Shown: positions 25,431-34,911 of the stretch, piece after piece | Numbering within the stretch: position 1 is the stretch's first letter | How the letters are laid out: every line of letters begins with the position of its first letter | Virus record (IMG/VR): IMGVR_UViG_3300045988_180472 | Coordinates: 1-52,006 of that record | Direction: 5' to 3' (one strand) | Length of the DNA stretch: 52,006 nucleotides | From: a virus | The notes under the pieces: generated by a model | Databases searched by the model: none | What the model was told of the DNA's origin: nothing | Seen by the model: the letters and a program-made list of their open reading frames with translations, nothing else | Program-made: the position numbers and the translations under genes

Positions 25431-27095
25431 ATGCCGCCTTCCTTTTTCAAACTAGCTCTTGACCGTAACTCCGTGCGGAGTTTCGACAAGAACGGGTTTA
25501 TGCACGTCGCAAGCTCGCATATCACCAAAGCCATGGTTTGTCCGTATCGGGGCGATGAAATTCCCGATTACAAAAATCTGGGACTCGATGCGGACAAAAT
25601 TTACCATCTTTTGCGTGACCCTCAAGAACTCGAGAAGTCCGTGCCCACGTGGAAAAATCTGCCGCTCCACATCGAGCACACCGTGGACTCGGCTGATGAC
25701 CCCCAACATGACACGCGAATTGGCACCGTGGGTTCCAACGTCAAATGGAACCCTCCCTTTATTGATGCCGATCTCGCCATATGGGACAAAGCCGCTATCG
25801 ATGCAATCGAGGATGACGAGCTCCGCGAACTCTCATGTGCGTACTTTTACGACCCAGAGCTCAAATCAGGCGAATATGAGGGCCAGCATTACGACATCAT
25901 CATGCGCAATATTCGAGGCAATCATGTTGCGCTGGTGGATAAAGGCCGTGCAGGCCCTCAAGTAATTGTGGCAGACGCCGCATTAAAACCTAAGTCGGCA
26001 GGTGAAACTATGGCAAAACGCAAAATCAACCGCAACAAACTTTTTGCTGCGTTTGACGCCAACCCCTTTATCGAGCGCGCGGAAGTTACCGCGGCCGACC
26101 TGCTTCGCGTCATCAATTGCGTCGAGGCTCAGGCTGAAGGCCTTAACCCGGCGGACCTCAATCTGCCGTGTCGACCCGACTCCTCGCTTGACGAAATCAT
26201 CCGCGCGTGCATGCCGGGTGCTGATGAAGCGGTGCAAACGGCCGTGAAAACTTTGGTAAACGCATTTTCCGAAGCTCCCAAAAACGAGGAAAACACCACT
26301 ATGGACGAAAAAGACCTCAAAAGCGCGATGGACGCTTGCGGCCTTGACGCCGAAGACCCCGCCACCTCCAAGGCGTTTGCCGAGGGCGTGAAGTACGGCG
26401 AGAGGGTGGAAAAGGACGAGCCCAAAAAGCTGGACAGCGAACACGAATCCGAGGGCATGAAGGAAGCCATGGACGCGTGCGGTCTGGACGCTGATGACCC
26501 CGTGGCCTCCAAGGCCTTCGCTGAGGGCGTCAAATACGGCGAAAAAGTCGAAAAAGACGAGCCCAAGAAGCTGGACAGTGAACACGAATCTGAAAGCGCC
26601 AAAGAAGCCATGGACGACGAGCCGGACTTCAGCGGCAAGTCTCCCGAAGAAATCTTCGCTATGGGCGTCGACTATGGCAAGAAGCACGCGGCTGCTGCCG
26701 ACGCGGATGACGACAAAGTCGACCCCGAGGCCGTGGAAGTTGTGGAAGCTGCCATGGACCGCGCTCTTGCTCGCAAGGGCGTCAGCGGCAAGCAGCTCGA
26801 ACGTCGCATTATGGCGAAAGTGCGTGGTCTCTACGCAGCGGCTGCCGATGTCGCCCCCGAGGTTGGTCAGCTCGATCCCATGGCGTTTGACTCCGCCGAA
26901 GGCATCTATGGGTACGCTCTCAAGCAGCTTGGCATTTCCCTGCGTGGAACTCCCGCCAGCGCTTACAAGAGCGTGTTCAGCGCCCTCAAGCAGCAGAAGG
27001 AAAATTCCATCATCGCGATGGACAAGGCCCTCCAGTCTCGAGCTTCCACCTTCGATGGTAAGTTCAAGGGCCTCAACACCATCAAAATTTCCTAA
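25431..27095 (+). CDS. DUF2213-like head protein (putative prohead protease/scaffolding protein) with an acidic repeat-containing C-terminal half
   Basis: N-terminal region FMHVASSHITKAMVCPYRGDEI...LRDPQELEKSVPTWKNLPLHIEH resembles DUF2213. Two ~47-aa tandem repeats AMDACGLDA(E/D)DP...KKLDSEHESE. The ATG at 25431 has a GGAG RBS. Confidence 0.55.
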   Translation: MPPSFFKLALDRNSVRSFDKNGFMHVASSHITKAMVCPYRGDEIPDYKNLGLDADKIYHLLRDPQELEKSVPTWKNLPLHIEHTVDSADDPQHDTRIGTVGSNVKWNPPFIDADLAIWDKAAIDAIEDDELRELSCAYFYDPELKSGEYEGQHYDIIMRNIRGNHVALVDKGRAGPQVIVADAALKPKSAGETMAKRKINRNKLFAAFDANPFIERAEVTAADLLRVINCVEAQAEGLNPADLNLPCRPDSSLDEIIRACMPGADEAVQTAVKTLVNAFSEAPKNEENTTMDEKDLKSAMDACGLDAEDPATSKAFAEGVKYGERVEKDEPKKLDSEHESEGMKEAMDACGLDADDPVASKAFAEGVKYGEKVEKDEPKKLDSEHESESAKEAMDDEPDFSGKSPEEIFAMGVDYGKKHAAAADADDDKVDPEAVEVVEAAMDRALARKGVSGKQLERRIMAKVRGLYAAAADVAPEVGQLDPMAFDSAEGIYGYALKQLGISLRGTPASAYKSVFSALKQQKENSIIAMDKALQSRASTFDGKFKGLNTIKIS

Positions 27096-27108
27096 AAGGA
27101 GGCCGTAA

Positions 27109-27633
27109 ATGGGCCTGCAGAAGCAAGTCAATCTTTATCGCGCCGCCGGCGTGCAAGGTGACAAAGCGACTCCCAACCAGTCCATCTACTTTCCCAAGCA
27201 GATGGTCGCTGAAGGCGACGTTACGGTTGGCACCTTCGTTTTCTACGGCACTGACGCCAGCAAACAGGCTTCCAACACCAAGACTGGCGCCACTGCGGCT
27301 GACCTCGTTGGCTTCGTTGAGCGCGTTATCAATTACGCGAACTATGGCGTCACCAGCGAAGGCACCCTCATTGTCCCCAACAAGTCCACCCTCACTATCG
27401 CCATGTGCGGCGATTACTGGGCGACTGCCACGACTGCCGCTACTCCTCGCCAGAAAGTTTTCGTGAATCCCACCACTGGTGCGATTTCCACGGCCGCAGC
27501 TGGTGGAACGGTGCCTGGCGCCGTCGAAACTCCGTGGGCCGTCATTCAGGGTGGCGAAGCTGGTACTCCCATCCTTATCAGCAACTGGACCCACGTCAAC
27601 GTGGCCGCAACTACGACTGGCGGAGGAAACTAA
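27109..27633 (+). CDS. head structural protein (DUF2190-like; putative decoration/cement protein)
   Basis: 174 aa, lying between the DUF2213-like and DUF2184 genes as in the conserved head triad. Thr/Ala/Gly-rich. RBS AAAGGAGG. Confidence 0.5.
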   Translation: MGLQKQVNLYRAAGVQGDKATPNQSIYFPKQMVAEGDVTVGTFVFYGTDASKQASNTKTGATAADLVGFVERVINYANYGVTSEGTLIVPNKSTLTIAMCGDYWATATTAATPRQKVFVNPTTGAISTAAAGGTVPGAVETPWAVIQGGEAGTPILISNWTHVNVAATTTGGGN

Positions 27634-27636
27634 GCC

Positions 27637-28653
27637 ATGCCTAAACCGTCTTTTCAGCAAGCTGCCGCGCTTGGGTTCGTGTTCCCGGGCGCTCGTGAGT
27701 GGATTGATAACAACGTGGCTCGGCTGGCACAAGACGCCGCTCTTGTGACCACGGCCAACACGACCGTCCCTGTCGAGTTCACGGCCTATATCGATCCGCT
27801 GGTTGTGGAAATCCTGACTGCGCCCCTTAACGCCCGCCAAGTCTTCAACGAAGAAAAGAAGGGCGACTGGACCACCAGCTATGACAAGTGGCGCAGCGAT
27901 GAAATCGTCGGCCAGTCCGAGCCCTACAGCGATTTCGCGAACGGCACGACCTCTGGGATTAACTCCCAATGGATGGCTCGCGAGCAGTATCGCTTCCAGA
28001 CCTCCATTTCCTATGGCGATTTGGAAGTCGACCTGTCCGCCACGGCGAAAATCAACCTCGCCGCCAGCAAACAGCGCTCGGCTGCGACGATTCTTGACAT
28101 TGACAGCAACAAGTTCTACCTGCTTGGTGTTGAGGGCCATGAAATTTACGGCATTCTCAACGACCCCAACCTGCCCGCTTCCATCGTTGCGGCGGCGAAC
28201 GGTGAAGGTTCGTCCACGAAGTGGAGCACCAAGACGACTCGCCAGATTTACGAAGACATCCTCTCGCTCTTCCAGCAGCTGGCGAAACAGTCTCAGGGCC
28301 GCATCACCAATCGTGACGCGCTCAAGCTGTGCGTCAGCCCCGAGATGAATGTTATGCTCGGTCGCGCGACCGATTTCAACGTGTCCGTGTTGACGATGCT
28401 CCAGTCGTACTTTACTGACGCGTTCGAAATCGTCGTTCTGCCCGAGCTGGCGTCCATGACCGCCGGCGAAACGGTGTTTATGATCGCCCCTGAAGTGGCT
28501 GGAACTCCCACCGGTGTGCTCGCGTTTGGTGAAAAAATCCGCGCTGGCCGCCTCATTCCCGCTGAATCCAGCTTCCGGCAGAAGTTCGTTGCCACCACCT
28601 ACGGCGGTATCGTTCTTCAGCCCTTCGCGTTCGCCTCTATGACTGGCATGTAA
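27637..28653 (+). CDS. major capsid protein (DUF2184 family, HK97-fold)
   Basis: 338 aa. Position after the scaffold and decoration genes. DUF2184-like sequence character. RBS GGCGGAGG. Confidence 0.7.
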   Translation: MPKPSFQQAAALGFVFPGAREWIDNNVARLAQDAALVTTANTTVPVEFTAYIDPLVVEILTAPLNARQVFNEEKKGDWTTSYDKWRSDEIVGQSEPYSDFANGTTSGINSQWMAREQYRFQTSISYGDLEVDLSATAKINLAASKQRSAATILDIDSNKFYLLGVEGHEIYGILNDPNLPASIVAAANGEGSSTKWSTKTTRQIYEDILSLFQQLAKQSQGRITNRDALKLCVSPEMNVMLGRATDFNVSVLTMLQSYFTDAFEIVVLPELASMTAGETVFMIAPEVAGTPTGVLAFGEKIRAGRLIPAESSFRQKFVATTYGGIVLQPFAFASMTGM

Positions 28654-28718
28654 ACCAGTCGGCATGAATGGGGAGTTCTCGCGCTCCCCATTCCCAAATT
28701 TCCAAAGGAGCACTTTCA

Positions 28719-29219
28719 ATGGCAGTCATTTCCAAAAATCAAGCTGAGCTGTCTGGGCAATCGCGCGTTGTTCGCACGTCCGCCAGCAATGGGTCCTCCG
28801 GCGTTGCTGGCGGCTCTACTCCTTCCCCCACTACCGCCGCGCCGTTTACTGTCGCGCCCGAAACGCCCGGGAACGTTTCGCACGTTGACCAAACGGTGAT
28901 GGTCGCGCTCAATCGCGCGATTGGGCTCAGCTTCAAAATGCCTGATGGTCGCGACGTCGTAATCAATGGGTCCGGCCATCAGCTGGCGGGCCAGCAGATG
29001 GGCAAGCTGCCTGTTGGGCAGTACGGGCTCACTATGGTGGCCGCGAGCGACTGGGAATACATTGCGAAGACTTATGGCCAGATGGACTTGTTCAAAAACG
29101 GCCTCATCTTCGCCGCGAACTCCGCGCACGACGCTGAGGGCGAAGCGAGAAATCGCGCGTCCTTGCGCCATGGGTTGGAGCCCGTGAATCCCAAGCGCAC
29201 CAACACCAAGCCCGAGTGA
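28719..29219 (+). CDS. hypothetical virion structural protein (166 aa)
   Basis: ATG at 28719 preceded by AAAGGAG. Ser/Thr/Pro-rich N-terminus. Follows the capsid gene. Confidence 0.5.
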   Translation: MAVISKNQAELSGQSRVVRTSASNGSSGVAGGSTPSPTTAAPFTVAPETPGNVSHVDQTVMVALNRAIGLSFKMPDGRDVVINGSGHQLAGQQMGKLPVGQYGLTMVAASDWEYIAKTYGQMDLFKNGLIFAANSAHDAEGEARNRASLRHGLEPVNPKRTNTKPE

Positions 29220-29226
29220 GGACGAT

Positions 29227-29655
29227 ATGGCTGTGGTACCGTATAACCAAGAGAAATTTCTGGATGTCTATCCTGCCATCAAGACGCAATACCTTGATGG
29301 CAAGCTGACCGATGCGCAACTTCAATATTGCTTCCAGTTGGCTGGACTGTTTCTCGACAATACGGACTCCAGCCGTATCCCTTACGACCCTGAGGCTGGT
29401 ATTGAAACGCGTGAAATTCTCATCTTCCTGCTGATGTGTCATATTGTGACGATGGCGCTTTGGCCGATTGGTCAGAGCGGCCCTATCGCGTCCGCATCGC
29501 AAGGCTCAGTCTCCACCTCGTTCCAGAGCCCTCAAGGTCAGGGTCCCGAGTGGTTCAAGCTGACGCCATGCGGCCAAACCTTTTGGCAGGCGATGCGCAA
29601 ATATTCCATCGGCGGCAGGTATTATTCTTTTCACGAATACCATCCATGGGGTTGA
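29227..29655 (+). CDS. putative head-tail connector / head completion protein (DUF4054-like)
   Basis: 142 aa, in the neck-gene position. RBS GAGG. Confidence 0.4.
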   Translation: MAVVPYNQEKFLDVYPAIKTQYLDGKLTDAQLQYCFQLAGLFLDNTDSSRIPYDPEAGIETREILIFLLMCHIVTMALWPIGQSGPIASASQGSVSTSFQSPQGQGPEWFKLTPCGQTFWQAMRKYSIGGRYYSFHEYHPWG

Positions 29656-29656
29656 T

Positions 29657-30109
29657 ATGGCTACGCAAGCGGTTGTGGTCGGCGGTCATAAGTGGAAGAA
29701 GATATTCCAGCGAATTGCGGACGAGCGCGTCAAGCTGGAGGTTGGCGTGCTCGAGGGCAAAACCAACTCTGTGACCAACGACCCAATCGCAGCGTACGCT
29801 TTCTTTAACGAGTATGGTACGGACACCATACCAGCACGCCCTGCATTCCACCAGACGATTGACGACAATGAATCCAAATGGCGGAATGGCGTGCAGAATG
29901 CGCTCAAGAACAAAATGGTGGATGGCGGGATTGTGCGGAAGACCATCAACCAGCTGGGCGCTGTCGTACGTGACGACATAAAAGAAAAAATTTCCTCGAA
30001 TATGCCGCCCAAGAACGCGGAATCTACGCGTCGACATAAGGCGGTTGATGCCGGCACACTTGTTTGGACAGGTTCCTACCTCAAAAGCATTGATTATAAG
30101 GTGACGTGA
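29657..30109 (+). CDS. putative head-tail joining protein
   Basis: 150 aa. Start overlaps the previous stop. Neck module position. Confidence 0.4.
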   Translation: MATQAVVVGGHKWKKIFQRIADERVKLEVGVLEGKTNSVTNDPIAAYAFFNEYGTDTIPARPAFHQTIDDNESKWRNGVQNALKNKMVDGGIVRKTINQLGAVVRDDIKEKISSNMPPKNAESTRRHKAVDAGTLVWTGSYLKSIDYKVT

Positions 30110-30540
30110 TGCTCAACCTGCATGACATCGTGAGAACTTCCATCGTCGCCAACCATCCAGACGAAATGGTATGGCGGTATCGGTCCACTGGCCAGATGAA
30201 CCTTGCGGGCAAAATCGCGCCCACATACGCCGAACCCGTTCAGCTGCAAGCTCAAATTCAGAGCGAAGGCGACGCGGCTCTCTACCACTCGAACAGGGCG
30301 GACGAAAACAGCAACACCAAAGCCTTCTACTTGTACACTTCTTTTAATATGGAAGAGCGAGTGGCTGGTATCATCAGACCGTTAGGCCGCAATGGCGATA
30401 TGTTTTACAGGCCGTCTGAGGGTACTTGGTGGTTGGTCGTCGCCGTCGTTGAGGATTTCAGCGACGTCGGTTGGTCGAAAGTTCGGTGTACGCTCCAAGT
30501 GAATAAGCCCGCGGGGGTAAACGATGTTCCAACCGCTTGA
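30106..30540 (+). CDS. putative neck/tail completion protein
   Basis: 144 aa with ATGA start/stop overlap. Confidence 0.4.
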   Translation: MMLNLHDIVRTSIVANHPDEMVWRYRSTGQMNLAGKIAPTYAEPVQLQAQIQSEGDAALYHSNRADENSNTKAFYLYTSFNMEERVAGIIRPLGRNGDMFYRPSEGTWWLVVAVVEDFSDVGWSKVRCTLQVNKPAGVNDVPTA

Positions 30541-31069
30541 CTTCAACCAGCCGGACGTCTTGACCGCGTTCCATGCGTTCTTGACTACCTACATGGCGAA
30601 TCTTGTGCGCCCAAGCAACATTATTCGAGGCTGGGAAAATCGCAGCTCTCTGCCGCCTAATGAGAACAATTACATCATTTATTCATTAAGCGGGGCGACG
30701 AGAGTTGGGACGAATGCGCGTTCAGAGGTGGACGAGAATGGGAAGTTCACCATGTCCACCATGTTTGAAGGACGCGTTCAAATTGACTTTTGCTCAGATA
30801 CCGACGAGTCGAGAACTTGGGCCGCCTACTGTGACAGCATTTTGCGCTCGCCAGTGGGCCCTGCGTTTTTTAAGGACTACGGGTTTTCCACCTTGTACTC
30901 GGAGGACTTGCAGTCGATAGAGTACACTGATGGGGCTGACCAGTACCTCAAGCGAACGGTTCTCACCGTCCACATTTGTTACACGCTCAAATCAACCTTC
31001 GGCGTAGAGTATGCTGAAAATGTGGCGCTCGCCAAGGTTGAAAACGTGGATGCTCACCACAAACCTTAA
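30524..31069 (+). CDS. putative tail completion / sheath terminator protein
   Basis: 181 aa, immediately upstream of the sheath gene. Confidence 0.4.
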   Translation: MFQPLDFNQPDVLTAFHAFLTTYMANLVRPSNIIRGWENRSSLPPNENNYIIYSLSGATRVGTNARSEVDENGKFTMSTMFEGRVQIDFCSDTDESRTWAAYCDSILRSPVGPAFFKDYGFSTLYSEDLQSIEYTDGADQYLKRTVLTVHICYTLKSTFGVEYAENVALAKVENVDAHHKP

Positions 31070-31080
31070 GAGGGCGCAAA

Positions 31081-32592
31081 ATGACGATTGCCGCATCCAA
31101 CATTGTTAAAATTGAACCTCGTGTAATCGGCGCGGGGCGTTCCGAGCTCGAGCTTAACGGCTTGCTCATCACGCCCGTTGACCTGACCACGGAACAGCTG
31201 GCCTTCCCCAGTGGGCTGATGGAGTTTACGTCCGCCACCGCTGTGGGCGAGGTGTTTGGTACGACATCCCCCACGTATATGTTCGCGACCCAGTATTTCA
31301 ATGGGTACGTGAACAAATTCTCTTCGCCCAAGGCTCTGTTTGTGGCCGCATGGGCGAAGACTGCGCAGGCGGGCTATGTCCTTTCCGCGTCGAATCCTTC
31401 CACGCTGGCGCAACTGAAGGCTGTCACTGCCGGCAAAATGAACTTCACCGTTGACGGCACCAAGAAGACCGTGACTGGCATCAATCTCGCCAGCGCTACT
31501 TCCATGGCGCAGGTGTGCACTTTGGTGGCCGCCGATGCTGAAGGGTGGACATTGACTTACAATGGCGCGAGCCAACGCTTCATGCTCAAATCCGAGACCA
31601 CCGGCGCTGAAAGTTCTGTGGTGATGGACGAGCAGGAAGATGATGGCACGAACCTCGCCTACGCGCTTGGGTTGATGCCCTTGCAGGGCGCATTGACGTC
31701 TGCTGGCGTCGCCGTAGAATCCGCCGGTGACGTGATTGCCAGAGTGCTGGAGCACTCGCAAAACTGGGTCACCTTCACCTTCAGCGAGCCGTCCGACGCT
31801 GCTGATGGCGAATCTACCATCGGCGAAACGGCCTCTAATTGGGCTGCACAGAACTATGGGTTCGTGTACGTCGGCTATTCCGACAATGAAGCGCTGGCCA
31901 CGGCTGAATCCGATACCGATATCATCAGCAAGATGGCCGTGAACGACAACACGGCTTTCGTGTATGGTGATACGAAGTATGCCGCGTTCCTCATGGGTTC
32001 CATCGCGTCCGTCGACTGGAATCGTGAAAACGGCGCCATCACGTATGCGTTCAAGTCCGGCGTGGGACTGGCGGCGACGGTGACGACGGAAGTTATGGCG
32101 AATTTCCTCGAGAACCGCAACGCCAACTTCTTTGGCAACTACGCCACCAGAAATGCCGAGTTTGACTTCTTCTATCCCGGCCGTTTGCTGAACTCGAACT
32201 ACGTGTTCATTGACCCGCTCATCAACTCCATTTGGCTGAACAACGCGCTGCAGGTGGCCATCATGAACGGCCTCACTATCGCGCCGCGCGTTCCTTATAC
32301 CGATGGTGGATATGCGCGGATTCGTTCGTGGATGATGGACCCCATCAACCGCGCTCGTACCAACGGCACCATTGAAGCCGGCGTGAACCTGTCCGACGCC
32401 CAAAAGGCCGAAGTAATGGCGGAGGCTGGAATGGACATTTCCGAAGAGCTGTTCACCGCCGGTTACTTCCTGCAGATTATTGACCCGGGTGCTCAAGCTC
32501 GAGTCAATCGCGAAACGCCAGTAATCTCGCTCTGGTATACTTACGGCGGAGCTGTTCAGCGCATCACCGTGGCCAGCACGGCAATTCTCTAA
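31081..32592 (+). CDS. tail sheath protein
   Basis: 503 aa, followed by a 145-aa tube-like protein and a frameshifted chaperone pair. RBS AGAGGG. Confidence 0.7.
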   Translation: MTIAASNIVKIEPRVIGAGRSELELNGLLITPVDLTTEQLAFPSGLMEFTSATAVGEVFGTTSPTYMFATQYFNGYVNKFSSPKALFVAAWAKTAQAGYVLSASNPSTLAQLKAVTAGKMNFTVDGTKKTVTGINLASATSMAQVCTLVAADAEGWTLTYNGASQRFMLKSETTGAESSVVMDEQEDDGTNLAYALGLMPLQGALTSAGVAVESAGDVIARVLEHSQNWVTFTFSEPSDAADGESTIGETASNWAAQNYGFVYVGYSDNEALATAESDTDIISKMAVNDNTAFVYGDTKYAAFLMGSIASVDWNRENGAITYAFKSGVGLAATVTTEVMANFLENRNANFFGNYATRNAEFDFFYPGRLLNSNYVFIDPLINSIWLNNALQVAIMNGLTIAPRVPYTDGGYARIRSWMMDPINRARTNGTIEAGVNLSDAQKAEVMAEAGMDISEELFTAGYFLQIIDPGAQARVNRETPVISLWYTYGGAVQRITVASTAIL

Positions 32593-32607
32593 TCGCAAGG
32601 ATTCGAC

Positions 32608-33045
32608 ATGGCTGATTTCGATATTACTTCCACTAATGCGACTGGTGTGCTTGTCGTTGACCAGCTCTTCCCTGCCGGCATCGAGCTGGAAATGTTTGGG
32701 ACTGACCAGTCTGTGGTGCAGGACAGCGTGCAGGTTGCTGAAACACGTATGTCCGTGGATGGCAAAATGGTGGCTGGTTATCTGCCGGCCATCTTCCCCG
32801 TAACCATCACGCTTGAAGCGCCTTCGCGCACTGCCAAGAGCTTCGGCACCCTGTACTCCGCGATGGCGACGAACAAGACCATCTACGAGTGCTCGCTGAC
32901 GTTTGTCGTGCCGTCGGTTGGCAAAATCTTCACATGGTCGAAAGGCGTCCTCCATGATGGCGTGCCGTTCCCTTCCAACAAGAAGGTGCTGGACCCGACG
33001 ACGTGGGTTTTCCACTTTGAGCGGCTCGACATCGCGTCGTTCTAA
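32608..33045 (+). CDS. tail tube protein
   Basis: 145 aa, directly after the sheath gene. Confidence 0.65.
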   Translation: MADFDITSTNATGVLVVDQLFPAGIELEMFGTDQSVVQDSVQVAETRMSVDGKMVAGYLPAIFPVTITLEAPSRTAKSFGTLYSAMATNKTIYECSLTFVVPSVGKIFTWSKGVLHDGVPFPSNKKVLDPTTWVFHFERLDIASF

Positions 33046-33092
33046 GGTCCTCTGCCAGTAAACTCGCTAAGAGCTCGAATTTTCACGGGTAG

Positions 33093-33137
33093 CCGAAAAA
33101 TTCGAGTTCTTAAAACTCATTTTAAGGCCTCGAAATG
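33093..33137. repeat. copy of the dispersed element (CGAAAAATTCGAGTTCTTAAAACTCATTTTAAGGCCTCG)
   Basis: Matches the CTTAAAACTC / TTTTAAGGCCTCG halves. Confidence 0.7.
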
Positions 33138-33210
33138 GATTTTGCGGGCTAATACTCACAACCGCAATTTCGACGAGTTTTATAAGAAAGTCTAATAATA
33201 CGGAGCACTT

Positions 33211-33666
33211 ATGCGTAAATCCATCACCGTGTCCATCGATGACCGCGGGAAGCAGCTGCAATTCAAGATTACGGAAATGCCCGCCACCAAATTGGAGCGC
33301 TGGCTCACTCGCGCCCTGTTGCTCATTGCGGCGGCGAATAAGGGCGAAGCCGATGGCGGCGTAGATTTGCAAGCCGCAGCAAGCCACTTGGCTTCTCAAG
33401 GCATGCGTGCTCTTGCCAACGTTCGGTATGAAGACGCTGAACCGTTGCTGGAGGAAATGCTGAACTGCTGCACCCGCATTGACGCTGGCGTTGACCAGAA
33501 GTGCACGTCCGATTCCGTGGATGGTTACATCGAGGACGTGCAGACGCTGTTCAAGTTGCGGATGGAGGCCATGAAGCTCAACCTCAGTTTTTTTACCGAA
33601 AGCCCGTCGACCTCCCAAAGCAACGACAATACTCTCAAGCTCAAGGTTCCGGCATCAAAGGCTTAG
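33211..33666 (+). CDS. tail assembly chaperone (G-like, 0-frame product)
   Basis: 151 aa, between the tube and tape measure genes. RBS ACGGAG. Confidence 0.65.
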   Translation: MRKSITVSIDDRGKQLQFKITEMPATKLERWLTRALLLIAAANKGEADGGVDLQAAASHLASQGMRALANVRYEDAEPLLEEMLNCCTRIDAGVDQKCTSDSVDGYIEDVQTLFKLRMEAMKLNLSFFTESPSTSQSNDNTLKLKVPASKA

Positions 33667-33863
33667 CTGAATACGCGAACGTCACCAATGTGGTTGGAAC
33701 GTTGGTAGCACGGCAAATGGCGACCTTGCACGAGCTCCAAACCGTATACAGTTATACGGACGCCTTGGATATTTTCGAAACAATCCAAGTGGCTGACTAT
33801 AATAAGTGGGTTGTTGACGATTTCCACCAGCAAGAAGCCAAGCGCAAGCACAAAATCAAGTAA
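33211..33863 (+). CDS. tail assembly chaperone GT-like product via programmed -1 ribosomal frameshift at TTTTTTT (33588..33594)
   Basis: The overlapping ORF 33501..33863 is in the -1 frame. The T7 slippery run sits inside the overlap (AGT TTT TTT ACC). This matches the conserved G/GT arrangement upstream of tape measure genes. Confidence 0.65.
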
Positions 33864-33905
33864 AAGAAAAGGCCGCGAGCTCATTACTCGCGGCCTCTTC
33901 GCATT

Positions 33906-34166
33906 CTAGTAAATGCGCTTGCTGCCTTGCCATGAAAATTCGTATTGCCTCATCAAACCATCGCTCGTACGCACGTTCATCATGTAGACGCCTTGCTTGT
34001 CATTTTTGGCAAGCGATTCAGTCATTTGGAGCAATGACTGCTTAATCGCCTCTTCAAGGCAGTCCTTCAAAGTGACGCCGCAAAAGAACACAGGCGTCAT
34101 CCCATCAGGCTCGCGAACAATTGACATGCGCACAATAAGCGCTTCTCTAATTTCCACTTTGTCCAT
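33906..34166 (-). CDS. hypothetical protein (86 aa), reverse-oriented cassette within the tail module
   Basis: The ATG at 34166 overlaps the upstream stop (TAATG). GGAGGTGG RBS. Confidence 0.45.
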   Translation of the reverse strand: MDKVEIREALIVRMSIVREPDGMTPVFFCGVTLKDCLEEAIKQSLLQMTESLAKNDKQGVYMMNVRTSDGLMRQYEFSWQGSKRIY

Positions 34167-34435
34167 TACGCCACCTCCGCGTACCAAGTGAAGTCGATGG
34201 CAGGGATGTCAACGGTCACCGTCCACGGGTAATCCGTGATGATGCGGTTGTGCGCGTCAGGCGAGCTGCAAGCGCGGCGAGCGTTGCGCACGTGGTTGAC
34301 GACCTGCTGACAGATGAAGTTCTTGTCGGAGACTTTAGAGTCAAACGACACGTCAGTGATGGGCTCGTAAACAGTGTCGCCATCAGCGAGGTCGATGGTG
34401 ACGTAAACAGCGACGTAAACCTTCTATACGTTCAT
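34166..34435 (-). pseudogene. gene with an in-frame amber (TAG) at codon 4 (34424..34426), downstream of a strong RBS+ATG (34433..34435); the remaining 61-codon ORF begins with GTG
   Basis: GGAGGA-n6-ATG AAC GTA TAG, then open in the same frame for 86 more codons to 34166. Confidence 0.45.
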
Positions 34436-34607
34436 GATATTCCTCCAAGTTGTTCGTTGATTTCTTTATGCCATAAGCCAATGGTGATGTAAACGGGTTT
34501 TCAGCTGGAAAACGAATATTTTTTCAATTTATCCTCTTGGGCGGTAACCCTTATATAATGAATTCAAGTTGTTCTTCCGGCGAAGGTGAAAGGGTTGAAG
34601 AGAAAAA

Positions 34608-34639
34608 GGCTGTATGTTAATCATACAGCCTTTCTTCTT
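34608..34639. terminator. bidirectional rho-independent terminator
   Basis: Hairpin GGCTGTATG-TTAAT-CATACAGCC, flanked by an A-run upstream and TTTCTTCTT downstream. Confidence 0.7.
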
Positions 34640-34644
34640 ATGTG

Positions 34645-34911
34645 TTACTTCACAGTAACCAACTGTTCAATGTACATATCATCTTCTAACACATCACTGT
34701 AGAGCTTTAAAGACAACGTTTGCTTAGGCATGACGCCATGCTTCATCTTCATTTCTAAGTTCTTGGCTAAGCCTTTGAGAACAAACCTACAATTAGATTC
34801 GTTGAAGACGTGGTATTCAAGTGTACAAGTTGGTTCACAACCTTTATAAAAGAAGTTGTGCAATTCAACAGGTTCACCCATGCCATCGCTAATAGTAACA
34901 ACTGCCAACAT
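34645..34911 (-). CDS. AT-rich moron protein (88 aa), unknown function
   Basis: GGAGG RBS before the ATG at 34911. Markedly lower GC than the flanking genes. Has its own downstream terminator. Contains CEPTC...C. Confidence 0.5.
   Translation of the reverse strand: MLAVVTISDGMGEPVELHNFFYKGCEPTCTLEYHVFNESNCRFVLKGLAKNLEMKMKHGVMPKQTLSLKLYSDVLEDDMYIEQLVTVK

Noticed and set aside
25983-28719. Long minus-strand ORFs (382 aa and 545 aa) antisense to the scaffold and capsid genes
   Set aside because: Gly/Arg/Val-rich translations typical of the antisense frame of GC-rich genes. No RBS, and they overlap well-supported structural genes. The same reasoning applies to 31066..33015, 43420..44154, 44671..45525, 19721..20551, 16811..17392, 6549..7595, 3690..4424, 417..1163, 47640..48398 and 49278..50123.
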